In this document: positions 36,668 to 49,934 of the stretch, piece by piece | Numbering within the stretch: position 1 is the stretch's first letter | How the letters are laid out: the number at the start of each line of letters is the position of its first letter | Assembly: GCA_002633005.1 (NCBI GenBank) | Contig: NMRA01000023.1 | Location: 1,112,194 to 1,176,193, forward strand | Source: Phoronis australis | Lineage: Eukaryota; Animalia; Phoronida | Length of the DNA: 64,000 nt | Reading direction: 5' to 3' | Notes under the pieces: generated by a model | Databases searched by the model: none | Told to the model about the DNA's origin: nothing | What the model saw: the letters and a program-made list of their open reading frames with translations, nothing else | Program-made: the position numbers and the translations under genes

Positions 36668-37334
36668 TATGTGACTACAATTAAAACATTAGTAATGTAT
36701 TCACATGCGTTTCATTCAAGATGGTAACATATCGCCTAAAACCATAAGGTTGGTATCAAGTTAATCCTTCTTCAGATGAAATGTATTTTTTGAGAGCTGT
36801 AAGTTACTTCTTGAGACCATGCTCAACACATAAAGCTACAGGCAGTGACTAGCCAACGTTGTGGAGCCTGCTCTGAAGCGATAACTAAAGGTTGGCTTTT
36901 CGAAGCCCTGAATACACCTCTTTCTTGACTGAGGAAGAATTTGAGACCAACGTCATCTGGGCGAGTGGTCTGAATCAATGTTTTTCTGATGGAAACCTGG
37001 TGCATAACAATTTTTAAAGGGAGTAACCTGTGCATGTTGCTGTCATGTTATTCATATTTGTCCAGCAGGCCTTACAGTAAAATCTCACCAATTTCGCTCA
37101 TCAAACTATGCACAATGTGAAATCAATTGATAGTTCTTTTTGTAAATTTTGTAGAAAAAGTCGATTGTGTCATTCGTTGTAACAAGTTGCATGTTTGTCA
37201 AGTTTTCACGAACTGTGACCAGTATATGGCGCTTGTGAAGACACAAATACCGTCAATAATTCACTTCTCAATATAAATGAGCTTATCAAGTTGTACACGT
37301 ACTGTACCGGTCAGTACCTGCTACGTCGGCCATC

Positions 37335-37740
37335 ATGTCTGCGCTGCCTCCGGCAGCTTGGCCGAGGCCCGCTTACCTGACTTGTCACGCCTTATCGGAG
37401 CTTCAGCTTAAGGGACAAGGGCGCACGCTGCCTCTGGCAACTTGGTCTGCCCCGCCTACTCGGCCCCCGCAGCTTACGGGTCAGGGGCGCACGGTGCATG
37501 CCTCTGGCAGCTTGGTCTGTCCCGCCTACTCGGCTCTGCAGCTTACGGGACAGGGGGGCGCGCTGCCTCCAGCAGCTTGGCCGTCCCGCCTACTCGGCTC
37601 TGCAGCTTACGGGACAGGGAAGCGCGCTGCCAACGACAGCTCCCCCCCCCCCCCCCCCCCCCNCCCCCCCCCCCACCTGCTGGGTTCTGCAGCTTACGGG
37701 ACCATGTCGACCGCTGCCTCCGACAGCTTGGCCCGGAATA
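37335..37740. repeat. GC-rich minisatellite (units of about 63-70 bp, about 5-6 copies) containing a poly-C tract
   Basis: Repeated cagcttacgggacagg..gcgc.ctgcctc..gcagcttgg...cccgcctactcggctctg; C-run at 37642-37674. Confidence 0.9.
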
Positions 37741-38638
37741 ACTTAAAAACTTTCAAACTCATGTTAATGGAAATTTAGAAGACAGCTTTAAGTAAGCCAA
37801 ACAAATGAATGCAAATGTAAAGGTGCAGCATACATGTACATGTGGATCACTGTATTTATTAAAGTTTGTTTCAGATGCAGAAGTGAGGGGATGCCGTTTA
37901 TTGACAACGAGGTGTTCAATTCTGCTGAAATAATCAAGGATTTTCTGATACATTGTCTCAAAGGCACGTCAATGTAGCTAAATTTACTTGTTTTTCAAAT
38001 GTCATTATGCACTATCGTTGTAAATTCAAAATCTATTTCGTGGTGGTTTCAAGGTTATGGCAATATCTTTTCAGCAATTGTTTCTTTATTGTTTTGTGAT
38101 TTCTTTACGAGATTTGCTGAAATGGGGTTTGTCGATTCTGTATTCCGAAGAGCATTTGATAATCTCGTCCAGTGTAAAGGAATTCTGTGCTTTAGTACAG
38201 TCCAATACAATAAACAGGGTTTGTTTTGAAAAGCCAGAGCTCTTTCGGGAATTTCTGTTCTTGCCAGCCTAGCCCTGCGACTCACCAATCGTGGTCATGG
38301 CAATACAATTTCCTAATATTTTTTCATGCCTGCTACTTAGGTTTACTGCAAAATGTAATTCTCAGTGGACCAATCGGACCAATAGCCCTTCCGACCAACG
38401 GGACATCAGAACATTAAAAGGAAACCAAACCCGCTTTTGACCTGTTAACAGATACTAAAAGCGACTTCACTGTCTAGATCTTTGGAACAAAAAAATGGAG
38501 TGTCACCCTCAACAACCCTCAAATGTTTGGAGGAAAATTTGAAAACTCCTTTCAAAGTCTTATGAATGGGCAAGCGCGACCTACGCTACACAGGATCTGT
38601 GGGTAAAGACCACCCACGAAATGTAATGTACTGTAGGG

Positions 38639-38935
38639 CAGGGGCGGATCCAGGATTTTGAGTTAGATGGGGCAGGGCACAGAAATAACCAGAATTGCGG
38701 CAGATGCGCGCGCTCAGCCTAAAATGTGGGGATGCAGGGGTCTCGATTTTTGGGTTTGCGGATCTGTTAATTAAAAAAAGTAACCGGGGTTTGTTAAGGG
38801 CCTATGCATTGTTTATTCACCCCCGATCCCCCTTGGTTGCGCGCATGTGCTAGTCAGTAATTCGCACCCGAACTACTAAATGGTATCTGGTAGAATTTTA
38901 GGGGAGGCCATGGCCCCCTTGCCCCCCACTACTTC
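38639..38935. mobile_element. Truncated MITE or DNA transposon fragment
   Basis: TIR-like start caggggcggatccagg and a ggggaggccatggcccccttgcccccc motif; no intact partner TIR. Confidence 0.4.
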
Positions 38936-40629
38936 TAAAACATCTTTCGCACTAACTCCCCTTTCGACTATCGACCTGCAGGAACGCTAAAGGGGACACA
39001 GCTACCCGATTTAAACTTCAAATAAATCACAAACTGTTGTTATTAATGTAATTGTTAAGATTTTGTTTATTTAGTGTAATGATTTTTTGTGGTGGGTGGT
39101 AAAATAGTGTATTTTAACAAGAGTCATATCTGTTGGATTCATGTTTATGGCCTGAAGCCCCAGTGGTCCGAAGAATCGTAAATCCGAAAACAAAAATCGG
39201 TGGCTCTAATGTAAAAATTTCATAGCTAAAAACATACTTCACTGGTAAAAAGATTTCACAATATTAGCAAAATGTATTCGTAAAATTCATAATACATACT
39301 GAGAAAAGTATCACTAAAGATTTTTGTACCTTACAAGAATAACAGGTTTCATAATGTGTGCAAGGATACGTGTCAAATGATTGGATTTCTATTCTTAGAA
39401 AATTGTAAAAAATGTAACTAAGTAAATGCCCAACCGGCCTAAGTTTAGTAAAATATACAAAAATACCTGTAACTCCCTAAAATTAAGTCTTATAAATTGC
39501 AACAATAACTGTTGTATGGCAGCTTTCACAATGCCTGTATTATGGACAGGAACATTTTGTCCAATCTCCAAGCTTTTATTTAAGCAAAATGAAAGTTTAA
39601 AAACCTCAGTTATATTTTCAGGTGGTACGCTTAAGGTATGTCAAGGGTATAAAGTTTGGAAATCCCCAGGACGAAGGGAAATCGACAAACCTATTCTGTG
39701 ATGCTGAAAGCGATGATGGCAATACAAGAGACCTCATGGAGGTTGGAAAAGAATCATCGGGATCTGTTTGTGATCCTCAAAGTGATGATAATTATGTTAT
39801 TTTGTGTCTTAAGCTATACAGTACCACCTCCGTTCCATACAGGCTTCATTATCACCATCATCACTTCAACCACATCATTTCAGAACCTGAGTTTTGTTAA
39901 TTAGACCGTACAAACAAATGGCAGCTTTTGTAGTTTAAGCATCTTTAAAAATTTTTGTTTTTGGTTGTTGAGTATGGTAATCACTGTGTAAAAGACATTT
40001 TGTATGAAGGAGGTAAACACGATTTAATATAAAACTATCAGATTTTCTTTATTACAATAGTCGTAATTGTTGGTAAGATGGTCAGATTCTAAATTTGTGG
40101 TAACTTGAAGCCTGCTAAGAGTTATGTGATGCGAAGGATGATACTGTACAGGTGTATGTAAATAATAATAATTCTGGATGTACATGTATTCTCTATTTTT
40201 GGTGCCCAACATTTGACGTTAAGGTAACTGGGTATTTATAATTCATTTCGTGCCAGATCAATATATGATGAAATTTTTATCTGTGAGAGTTGCTATTGGC
40301 GTATTCACCAAGAATGTTATTTAGGATGGTGTCAACGTATTTGTACAAGTGTATTTTTATCAAATTAAAAAAGTGTCATACAGTTGCACAAGAATCGATA
40401 TACACCGTAGAGTCTGACATAGATAGAGTCATTAGCTCCCGTTTCAGAATCATGTCACACATTTTTATGCTTTAAAGTGGTAAAATCTGTTGTGGACACA
40501 TACACGTAGTTCAGGGGTCTTTGGATGAGTGTATTTTTGGCATATAAAGACATTAACCTAATGTGACATATATGTAAAAGCGGTGCGTGTGTATTGGGTG
40601 GAGTGTAAGAACAATGGAAAATCGAGATA

Positions 40630-40890
40630 TATAACCTACTGGGGCACATTTCTAAAGGGACATATAGTTGCGGACTACATATAAGGCGACATATATAACT
40701 GTACCTGCCGGCTAAATATTTTTTGCACCTCATGGTACATATACGCTTGTGGGCTATATATTGCACTGGGGCATATACCTAGTGAGGTATACACTTGCTG
40801 GCTATATGTTGTTCCGGGGCATGTATACCCAATGGGGCATACATGTATACACTTGCGGGCTATATATCGTATATAGAGTATACCCCGAAA
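40630..40890. repeat. Degenerate tandem repeat with units of about 50-58 bp
   Basis: Recurrent tatacacttgcgggctatat and ggggcatatacc at about 40741, 40789 and 40846. Confidence 0.6.
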
Positions 40891-40955
40891 CAAGATCTCA
40901 AAATTTTACCCCACTTCAAGGTTTCACAGATAATAACCCCACCTCTGCACGCACA

Positions 40956-40958
<3 letters not shown>

Positions 40959-41004
<46 letters not shown>
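40959..41004. repeat. (CA)n microsatellite
   Basis: Pure CA run ending at an ambiguous base (41005). Confidence 0.95.
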
Positions 41005-41804
41005 NGACTTAAGAGTACAAGTCACTTATATTGGACAAGGTGGGCTTTACTGGAGATGTAAATGGCTCTCAGTCACTCCTCCCTAATAATCAACCTGAAA
41101 CAGCTTATTATTTAAAATGACATAGGCACGAAATTGATATTTGGGCTTTAAAAGTGGGGCGGTACATATTGATTTTGGTAACCCCGCTCCTTTCACGCTT
41201 TCGAGAATCTTCATATTGACACAGGAGGCCCAGCTTTTGAGGTCTTAAGTTAAATTCCTTGCCTTTGTTATTTTAATTAGAATAAGTCACCGCTATGGTT
41301 AAAATGCGTGCCCTAGACAGTGCTACCGTCTCTGATATTGGGCATTGTTACCGTTGAGTCTACGGGCATAGGTTTCCTGTGCACTGGCCGCAAATTCCGG
41401 TCTTTTCGACATCAGACAATGTGCTGTTAAAATTTACTCTTACATGGTGTCGAGCGAAATGGATCGAGTAAAGTTTTAGACTGTATTGGTCTCGTCAAAT
41501 TTTGGGCACGCGAGATACATTTTCCGGAGTGATACTTGTTAACTGAAGGTTCTCAATGAAACGTCCTGGCATCTGAAAGTAGCTAGTTGTCTCATGGAGA
41601 GAGCTTACTGATCATTCTTTGTTTCGACTCGTCATGAGATGGTGGCAGCACTAAGCATTCCCTCATCATCGCTTCGGGCACTGTATGACTGCCCTTCACT
41701 AATACATGTAGAATTATGGTACACTTTCTCCGAGATCTAGACACAGATCCTGAGGGCAGATGCATTTGTGACAGGTTTGAAAAGTGGATCTTGCATAGTT
41801 GTTT

Positions 41805-42315
41805 AAAACTGTTATTTGCAAGGTTCGCAATCTGATATCGAATGTAACGCAAAACTGCCTTACTATGTGAGGTACAAAACAAAGTACCATCTTGAGAATT
41901 ATCTAGAAATGGTTGGTATCCCACGTGTTTTTATCCAGTCTCTGACTCGATTGCGATGTTCAAATCATTGGTTACTAGTGGAATGAGGTCGCCACACAAA
42001 TATTCCCTATGAAAACAGGTTGTGTGAGTTATGTAATTCGGGGTGTGTAGAGGACGAATATCACGTTGTGTTGGTTTGTAGTGCGTACCAAGACCTTCGG
42101 GTTAAGTACTTAAGTGATCGTTTTTGTCATTCTCCCACGACATCTAAATTTGATTCTCTCATGAGAACTCCAGATAGCCAACTTATTAAATTCGTTCTCA
42201 AGCGTCATAATGTATTATCCAGTCTGAAACGTGGCACCTAACAATGTTTTGTCTTGTACATGATATACTTGGGGCCTATGGTCATGTGTACATGTATATG
42301 TCTCAATAAATCATA
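41805..42315 (+). mobile_element. 5'-truncated, decayed non-LTR retrotransposon 3' end (C-terminal CCHC zinc finger)
   Basis: One frame reads NAKLPYYVRYKTKYHLENYLEMVGIPRVFIQSLTRLRCSNHWLLVE*GRHTNIPYENRLCELCNSGCVEDEYHVVLVCSAYQDLRVKYL; premature TGA at 41984-41986; AATAAA at about 42305. Confidence 0.85.
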
Positions 42316-42531
42316 TAAACTGGTGCCGTTGGATTAAAATTCGGTAAGCTTAATTAAGTCAGTTAGTCACAACCATTGGTGTTGATTAATAGCCAGTGAA
42401 AAAAGTGTGTATAAAAAGTATATGATGCGCGTGTTAAAGAATACACCGGTGATACACTAGTAGGTGACAGAAAGAGGAGCAAATGAGATCACCAAAACAG
42501 AGTTCAGTATCCTTTTAAGTTTTGGTCACAT

Positions 42532-42815
42532 GAAAACTTAAGTTTACAGAAAACTCTCCATCGCTTGATTTTTTGCAGGAACTTTTAAGTTAATTAAAAG
42601 TTTTAAATCCATGGAAACTTAAGTTTTCAACAAAAATAAGTTTTTGCTAATAATTTATGTCAAGTTATGAAAACGTAAGTTTTATACTTTGAAAAAACTT
42701 ACGTTTTCTGAAAAAAAAAAGATTTCAGCGCATCTTAAGATTATTCTGAGTTTTGATGAACAAATTCAGTTTTAAAAACTTAAATTATAAAACGTTTTTT
42801 GTCAAAACTTATTTT
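42532..42815. repeat. Cluster of palindromic AAAACTTAAGTTTT-like motifs
   Basis: aaaacttaagttta, gaaacttaagtttt, aaaacgtaagtttt, aaaacttacgtttt, aaaacttaaatt, aaaacttatttt. Confidence 0.7.
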
Positions 42816-44177
42816 TCCTGAAAATTAAGCTGTTTTCAAAAAAATTGATCTTTCTTGTCAAAAATAATTTTTCATCAAAAAACGTTCGCTTTTATAAGCG
42901 TACAAGTCTGAAAATATAAGAATGGCTTTCATTTTTAAGACGCCAATAGCTGCCCTTACCTTTTCTGATACCGATGCCGTCAAAATGTAGAAAACCGTAT
43001 GTTTCGATTGTCGTTTTTTGTTGTAATTCTCTTGAAATTGGGAAGGGTACACTCATACATTACCATGAGTTAAACTGTGTTTTTTTACACTTTCGTGTGG
43101 CTCGTGGCACTCATTTTGCCGCCCTTAGTCGCAGCCATTTGAGATATACAGAGGGGTTGATGGGGGATGAATCCGTGTGCAATGTCACGGGAGTTTAAAA
43201 GTGTAAAGAAACCGTTAGCGTGTGGTTGAAACTCAAATAAAATTTATTAGACTTGTTAATAATTAATGCTAATTTTAAATACTGAACACTTTTGCTATTT
43301 TAATTGCTCAGTGTTACGTGCTGACGGTGAAACAATTAAATCGTTTTGTATGTTTTAGACGACAACATAAAATATGAATGTCTCGTTATGTCAATAACCT
43401 AACTGCATAACTCAACGCAGCCGGTCGTTACAGTAACCAGAACACTGATTCAGCCACTCGATCACAAATCCATATCACACCTGTCGAGATCGGCTGACAC
43501 CTTACGTTTGTTGACCTTACTTTGAGAATAGGTTATTATTAATAAATTTTCATTAACATTTCGCTGTTTAGTATTGATTTTATTGAGGTACAGACTGTTG
43601 ACAGTTTCTAATGTCGAGGGCCGAACGAAAACAAAGAACTTATCTTTTATTCAGCATATCTATTGAGCTTTGATGCTTTCGTTGGCAGTTGTCGAGAGAG
43701 AGTTTGCTTGTATTTTGATGCAATATTTTTATAATTAATACGTTTATGCAATACGTATTTTCTTGGCCCCGATTGCCTGCTATAGATATTGATATATCAG
43801 TGCTTCCTCGTGATCTGATTATCAATGGGAACATTTTCATGTGGACAAGAAATTATTCTCAAAAGTTAAGTAATTACCAAATTATTGACAAACGTATGCA
43901 CTACGCTTACGTGCGATGAATTGTGACGAAAGTTTAAATACTGCTATTTTATAGTTAGAAATACAATCATCCTAATTAAAAGTGCAATCGCGCTTACCGT
44001 TGCGCGGTTTTCTATTATTTCATCCACTGAACACGATAACACGACGATCAGCTTCTGTAACCTCAAGTAATCACTACAGTACATGTAGCTGTATATCAGA
44101 TTTATAACAGATTTCAATTTTGTAGAGATCATCCCGCATAAGTATTTATTGCGCGTCTAGACAACGATTGCTCACAG

Positions 44178-44287
44178 TCAGTTTGAACTTGCGACTGGGG
44201 CCACGCGAGTTCTCGAAGCGTGCACGAGAAATTAAAAGGAACACTGGAGCAGCTTGGGAAGCGGTGCTTTATAACATTCCCGTAAGT
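44178..44287 (+). promoter_or_regulatory. Putative transcription start and short 5' UTR exon of the TRPC gene
   Basis: Initiator-like TCAGTT at 44178-44183, donor gtaagt at 44282, acceptor atatttag|44519 before the ATG; CpG-richer region. Confidence 0.4.
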
Positions 44288-44539
44288 TAAGTTACCGTAA
44301 ACACCTGGAGTGAAGCGGTGGCCATGGAGTGTTCGCTTGGTAATTTATATTTAATACAAAGACGGACAAACTGACGGGCGCATTAAGATCAACGATGTTT
44401 ATATACATGTCCGCCACATAGGTACAACTTGGTTCTCGAAGGAGGGCTCGTGGAAGCGAACAACGAGTAGTACGTTTCATTTCACTGTTAAATGCTGGGA
44501 ATTTATATCTATATTTAGACGAAACGTTAACAGCAGAAT

Positions 44540-45150
44540 ATGAGTATGTTCATGCGACGATTTCAACGCTCCCGTAAAAGCGAAGAACCTTCTGGACTCA
44601 GTCTTAGCTTGACCCCGTCAGTAAACCTTACGGAGACCGAGAAGAAGTATTTGGACGCTGCTCACAACGGCAAATTGGATGAAGTGATGAAGGCCATTGA
44701 AGAAGGAGGACGAAGATTCAACTTAAACTGCGTCGACTTTCGAGGTCGCAGCGCGTTGTCGTTAGCGGTCGAAGAAGAACACTTTTTAACCATAAACTAT
44801 CTTTTAGGCAAGTGCAAGCTAAATGTAATAGAAGACGCTTTGCTCAATGCCATCAGATACGATCGCGTAAAAGTCGCGGAACTAATACTAAGTCACGAAA
44901 CGTATTCGGACAAAAGGAAACGACTAAGACTAGAATTTGAACACGGCTTTTACGACCAAGAAGAGAGCGCCTCCAGCTTCTCTCCGGATATTACGCCGAT
45001 TGTTTTAGCTTCGCAGAACAATCAGTTTGACATAACTCACATTTTGCTTCAGCAAGGTTTTAAAATCAACGATCCTCACACGTACTTCTGCGTGTGCACC
45101 GAATGCAAGAACCACAGGAAGCTTGACAAGGTAGTCCATTCCCGTACAAG
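44540..45150 (+). CDS. TRPC: TRPC-family cation channel, first coding exon (ankyrin repeats and TRP_2 zinc-binding motif); gene continues beyond the window
   Basis: EKKYLDAAHNG, LNCVDFRGRSALSLAV, DALLNAI, FSPDITPIVLASQNNQFDITHILL and PHTYFCVCTEC...HSRTR match the TRPC N-terminus; in-frame TAA before the ATG; donor AG|gtaaga at 45151. Confidence 0.92.
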
Positions 45151-45290
45151 GTAAGACAAAGTGTATGAGGACCCGTTTTCAAAACCTCCGCTCTGGTCTT
45201 TTGGATTTAACCGTGAATAACAGCAAAGGTGCTGTTAATGCCTTATTCATTTTAGAAAGAATAATACAAAATCGAAAGCCTTACCGCTTG

Positions 45291-45292
<2 letters not shown>

Positions 45293-45331
<39 letters not shown>
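45293..45331. repeat. (AAT)n microsatellite
   Basis: Pure aat run. Confidence 0.9.
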
Positions 45332-45332
<1 letters not shown>

Positions 45333-46231
45333 GTAACGACAATAATAACAAAAACAATGACAACAGCAATAACAGAGTCCTTATTATTTGCAAATAGTGC
45401 TGGGCAGAACAAAACCTATTTCATACATCAAAAAATATAATGGAGCAAAATAATTTTAAGAAATAAAATGTGTTAAAATTCTTTCAAACCCTTTCAGCTA
45501 CTTATGGAGTTGGAGCAAACTGCAATGGTCACAATTTTTTTCGAAAAGTTTAGTCCTAGTCTTTAAGGGCTGTAATAATTAAAATGCTTTGTCCTTTTGT
45601 GCTCTTTTATTGCTGTACTAATTGGAAATGTGCGGTCCTGGTCTTTTGGGGCAATACTAGCTGGAAATAATTGGTCCTAGAATTACTTGGAACTGAGAAT
45701 GTTAACCACTGTTTTGAAAAACAGGAGGCAGTAAACCTTGTGGTTAAAATGACGCTGATTTCTAAATAAGCCATAGCCCACATGAATTTGCCTTTCGGTG
45801 ATTTATTCTCCCGCCTCAACCGTGTTATCTCGTGTGACAGTTTGACCTACACCTACATCTGCAGCGATTGCAATTTACATGCATTTTTATGTCATATACA
45901 TGTATGTAATTTTAATGTTTCTATTCTCTGTACTGTGAGAACAATAACAGAAGCTTCATTGCATTATTGAGTTTTTGCCAGTGAGACTTTGCCTTTCAGG
46001 TAGCTTATTTGAAGGTCGAGTGACACTAAGTAGTTACCATGCGTAGCGGCTCGTGATTCGCTACTTTTTTCTTCAAAGATTATCAGTAAGTTTAATCTAC
46101 TTATTGTCTGCCTATTTTCTATTTTCTACTTCGTTTTACTTGTCACGTTCAAATATCGAAACTTCCGAAACGTAATGAAAGTGCTCCATGGAGCGACACT
46201 TGGCGAAATTGACTGAAAAGGTTACAATGGA

Positions 46232-46280
46232 GATGACGATGACGACGATGATGACGATGATGATGATGATGATGATGACG
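46232..46280. repeat. (GAT/GAC)n microsatellite
   Basis: gatgacgatgacgacgatgatgacgatgatgatgat; explains the poly-His ORF at 46149-46439. Confidence 0.85.
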
Positions 46281-48671
46281 GTGTCGCTGCTGAACGTGAT
46301 GATAACGATCATATGAAGAAGGAAGTTGTGAGAAATAAATAAGAAATAAAGTCTTGTTCAATAGAAGGCAAACCAATGAAGTGCAGTAAAAATCAGTCAA
46401 CAAAAGAACAGGGTCATCAGAAAATCCCAAATTACTCAAATACTAAACCTTGTAGAGAAAAATGGAAAATATTCTCTTAAAGCCCGTTCAAAACTCTATC
46501 AAAAAATAGTTTAAAAAATTCCACTTTTTTTTTTTAAATTCTCAAATTTTGCATTTTTTGGAAATCGAAAGTCAAAAAACGGTAAGTCTGAGAAAAAATT
46601 GTTCAAATTCATTTGAAAAAAAACTTCAGAGATCCACATGCGAAAATTCACGTCATTTGATCTTCAAGTCCAAAATGGCACCCCAGCACGATTGAAAACG
46701 GATGAAAATGCGTCTGATTCGCCATTTTGAAAACAACTTCAGGTTTAGCAGCATTCGATAATAGCCAGCTACAGAAACTTAACACATGAAAAATTTCGAA
46801 GAAATTGGTCCTACAGTACAGTGCGCCCTCTACAGGACAAAACGTTTTCGTCCTGAAATCGGAGAGAATATTTCCGCCGTCTTTTCAGTCGTGTATATCA
46901 AACATTGTGGCCTATATGGGCATTTGAAATCTGAATTCGAAAACAAAATGGCCGCCACGTCCGCCATCTTTAATCCGATCATGACAAAAAATACAAGCCT
47001 GCGGGGCTTCTGGAATTAGAGGTTATACGTAAATTTGTGTGAATCGGACGAAAAATGCGATCTGTATAGTGGGAACAAACAAAAAAAGTTGATGGCAAAG
47101 TAACAAAATTGTCGATCTCATCAAGTAACAACTAATGTTTTGATACCGAGATTTTTAAACATGACCTGGCAAGCAGTTGCCTTTCTCTTACTGCCACCGA
47201 GAGAAATTTTTGGCCAAAGACCAAACTACACATCTGAGTCAGAAATAACGGACACGTTGTGTTTTGGTGCGAATATGAACTAATCATAATTGCTGTTGCT
47301 TTTCAGAGCTTAGCAAATTTTTGTAGACAGCCGGTCAAAATCAGCCGCAGATCATGTTAGAAGCAGGAAAACATGCTAATAGTGACTTTTTCTTGAAATT
47401 TAGGGCAGTTGCCAAGCTGAAATATCCATCGTTGCCATGGGTACCAGGTACTTTACCAGCCAAAATCATCAGTTTTAGGTTTGAGATCAAATTTATGTGA
47501 GAAGCGATCAACCTTTCGCAGAGTGCATACCATGACACTTTTTGGTAAACGTAGGAATGTTGCTGAGCTGAATTAAGTGTCGATACCATGGAAACCAGGT
47601 ATTTTCACGGTCGAGATCGTCAATTTCAGGCTTGATGGCAATCATGTTAGAAACAGGCAACCATACTCAAATCATTTTAGTGACCTTCAATATTTAAGGT
47701 TGAACGTGCAAAGTACATGGTAATCGGGGAATTGGGATCTACAACAGTATCATAAGCCGCACATGCCACATGTTCAAGACATTTTGAAGAATTTGGGATA
47801 CCAAAAGCAAACACTGCTAGTTCTCTCAAAGACGCACCAGTAGGCCACTTTCGAAGATACAAAATTTTTTGCCACTGCAACTCTTCTACACAAGCATAGA
47901 AATAGTCCTTTTAACAGCATAAAACCTGTGGGTAGCTAATTCAATAGATTTTAACTAATGAATAAAGTTTTATGGCTGATATGTCAAAATCAGTAGCACT
48001 ATTTTGAAAATCCAAAATCGGTTGCCCGTCAACTGCGTTTTCGAAGTAATAAAAGCTGCATGAAACGCTCACAACAAAATTAATTAAACAAAGCAATACT
48101 TTTGGTTTACTTCATAAAAGGTGAGTCATAATTACCCGTACCTGTATCATACTTTTAGAAATCCATAACAATAGATATGCATACTTAACACAAGCCTCCA
48201 ATGCAAGGTCACTGCTATTGCTATAAAATGTTTACTAAGTGTTTTTATAGAAGTAAGTGATTCTTTGGATTTGTTTTCGGCGCAAAGCATTCCAAAATAT
48301 TTTTTCATTATACTATAAAAAGAAGTTCAGCATTTTTTCATATATGTTACATTTACATAATAAATCTACTACATCAAATTTTTCTGGGCTAGGTTGCATT
48401 AAAGCTATTCAGGTGTTTAGAGATGAGGTGTCACGGCAGTAGATGACGCAAGTTGGACCCGGAAATAAGAATAGACTTCCCGTCACACTGGGTCAAAAAC
48501 GTCATAATGACCACTGCTGTAGTCAGGCGTTGGGGCACGTAGGCGCAGCCAACTCCCTTTTGGCATTTGAACGTTTCGCCTACGCACCGTAAATTACGTT
48601 CAGTGCTCAAGGTAATACGGTGGGCTTTGGGCGCCTACTTACCTCTTATTTTAACACTGCAGCACTGATAA

Positions 48672-48690
48672 TGACGTCAAAATGACGTCA
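48672..48690. promoter_or_regulatory. Two tandem perfect CRE palindromes (TGACGTCA)
   Basis: atgacgtcaaaatgacgtcat: TGACGTCA at 48672-48679 and 48683-48690. Confidence 0.5.
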
Positions 48691-49934
48691 TGCTAAACAT
48701 TCCAATACGCTGAATAGCAACAACGAGGTCGGATTAACAAGTGTCACGTAGCTATTGCTGAACAATGCACCTGATGTCATGCAGCGAATCAAACTTATCC
48801 AGCCTTTAAGTTTCGAAGATTTTTGCAACCCAACCAGGTGCAGTCGTTATTGTGTTGTATTGCATAATTATTTTAATTTGATAATATCAGTCATTTTTCT
48901 ATGTTTCTACTAAAGATTATGTAGAAACAGTTCTATAGCCCAAGTTCAAATTGGCTAGAATTTTGAGAAAAAGGCTCTAATAATGTCATACGAAAAGGCA
49001 GTGCCATCAGACAAAAAACTATCATAATGCCCACTGCCGTTTCTAAACCCCACTTATGTTGTTCTCAAACATGATTATTGAGTTAATTTCTGCTTCATTT
49101 AAGAATTCATAATTGGTAAACTTGACACTGTTGTATAAGTAAGAAGAATTATTAGTCTCCTTCCACGTCATGTTGGTCACATCACGTGCATATTGGGCAG
49201 GCAAAGAGACTTGATAATTCTTACTTACAATTTCAAGATGCTGATAAAGCATGCATGGCTTTGGGGTGAAAATGCTGATTTTGTGCATTTTATTAGTTTT
49301 TAAGCAGCTGTCTGCACTTGCGGTAGTCGTAAAAGTTGGAAACATCCTTGAGAATCAGTTTTACTTGACGTTGTTCAAGAATTTTGGAAACTTTGCCCCC
49401 ATATAGGCCTGTTATACATATATGCAGGTTTCAACTTTTAGAATATAGAGGTGGAGGTGCTTGCACAAGGTTTTTCAACAGAATTCTTAAGGACATTCTA
49501 GAGAGTTCCTCCATATTAATGGCCGATATGTTGCGGTCTGTAACATTCAAGATCCTCGATATTTGTAGAATGATTGGGCGGATTCCAGAATGTTCTAGAA
49601 TATGCCTGAATTGGTAAAAAGTTCCAGGTCATAAATACAAACTATAAATACTCAGCTTGAGCACGAGTTAACAGGGACCAGTTATTGTCAGCTCTAGAGT
49701 TAGTAAGTTAGGTAAACTCAGTGAAGCGGTTCATCACATGTCAAGAATTCGCCCCACTGAATGGAGCATTGAAACAGACATTACGTCGGATGTTAGTTCA
49801 AGTGGTGCAGGCTTGTGTACAATCGGTCAAAACTGGTGAAGGGAATGACTCGATCCGGTTTTCAGTCCATCATGGCACCGAATGCTAATAGTACCGGTCA
49901 ATGACAACCTGTGCCATACATTCACCGGGGAAAA

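Noticed and set aside
37335-37778. 147-aa, 99-aa and 82-aa Pro-rich ORFs
   Set aside because: All three frames are open because of the GC-rich minisatellite and the poly-C run.
39622-39904. Acidic and His-containing ORFs after a ttttcag acceptor
   Set aside because: No recognisable homology or partner exons; at most a decayed fragment.
18159-41005. Single N bases at 18159, 37663 and 41005
   Set aside because: All lie in homopolymer or microsatellite runs; assembly ambiguity rather than biology.
46149-46439. Poly-His/Arg ORF
   Set aside because: Produced by the (GAT/GAC)n microsatellite.
49410-49800. Possible solo LTR (TG start, ttctagaa repeats, tataaata box)
   Set aside because: No defined CA end, TSD, primer-binding site or second copy could be identified.
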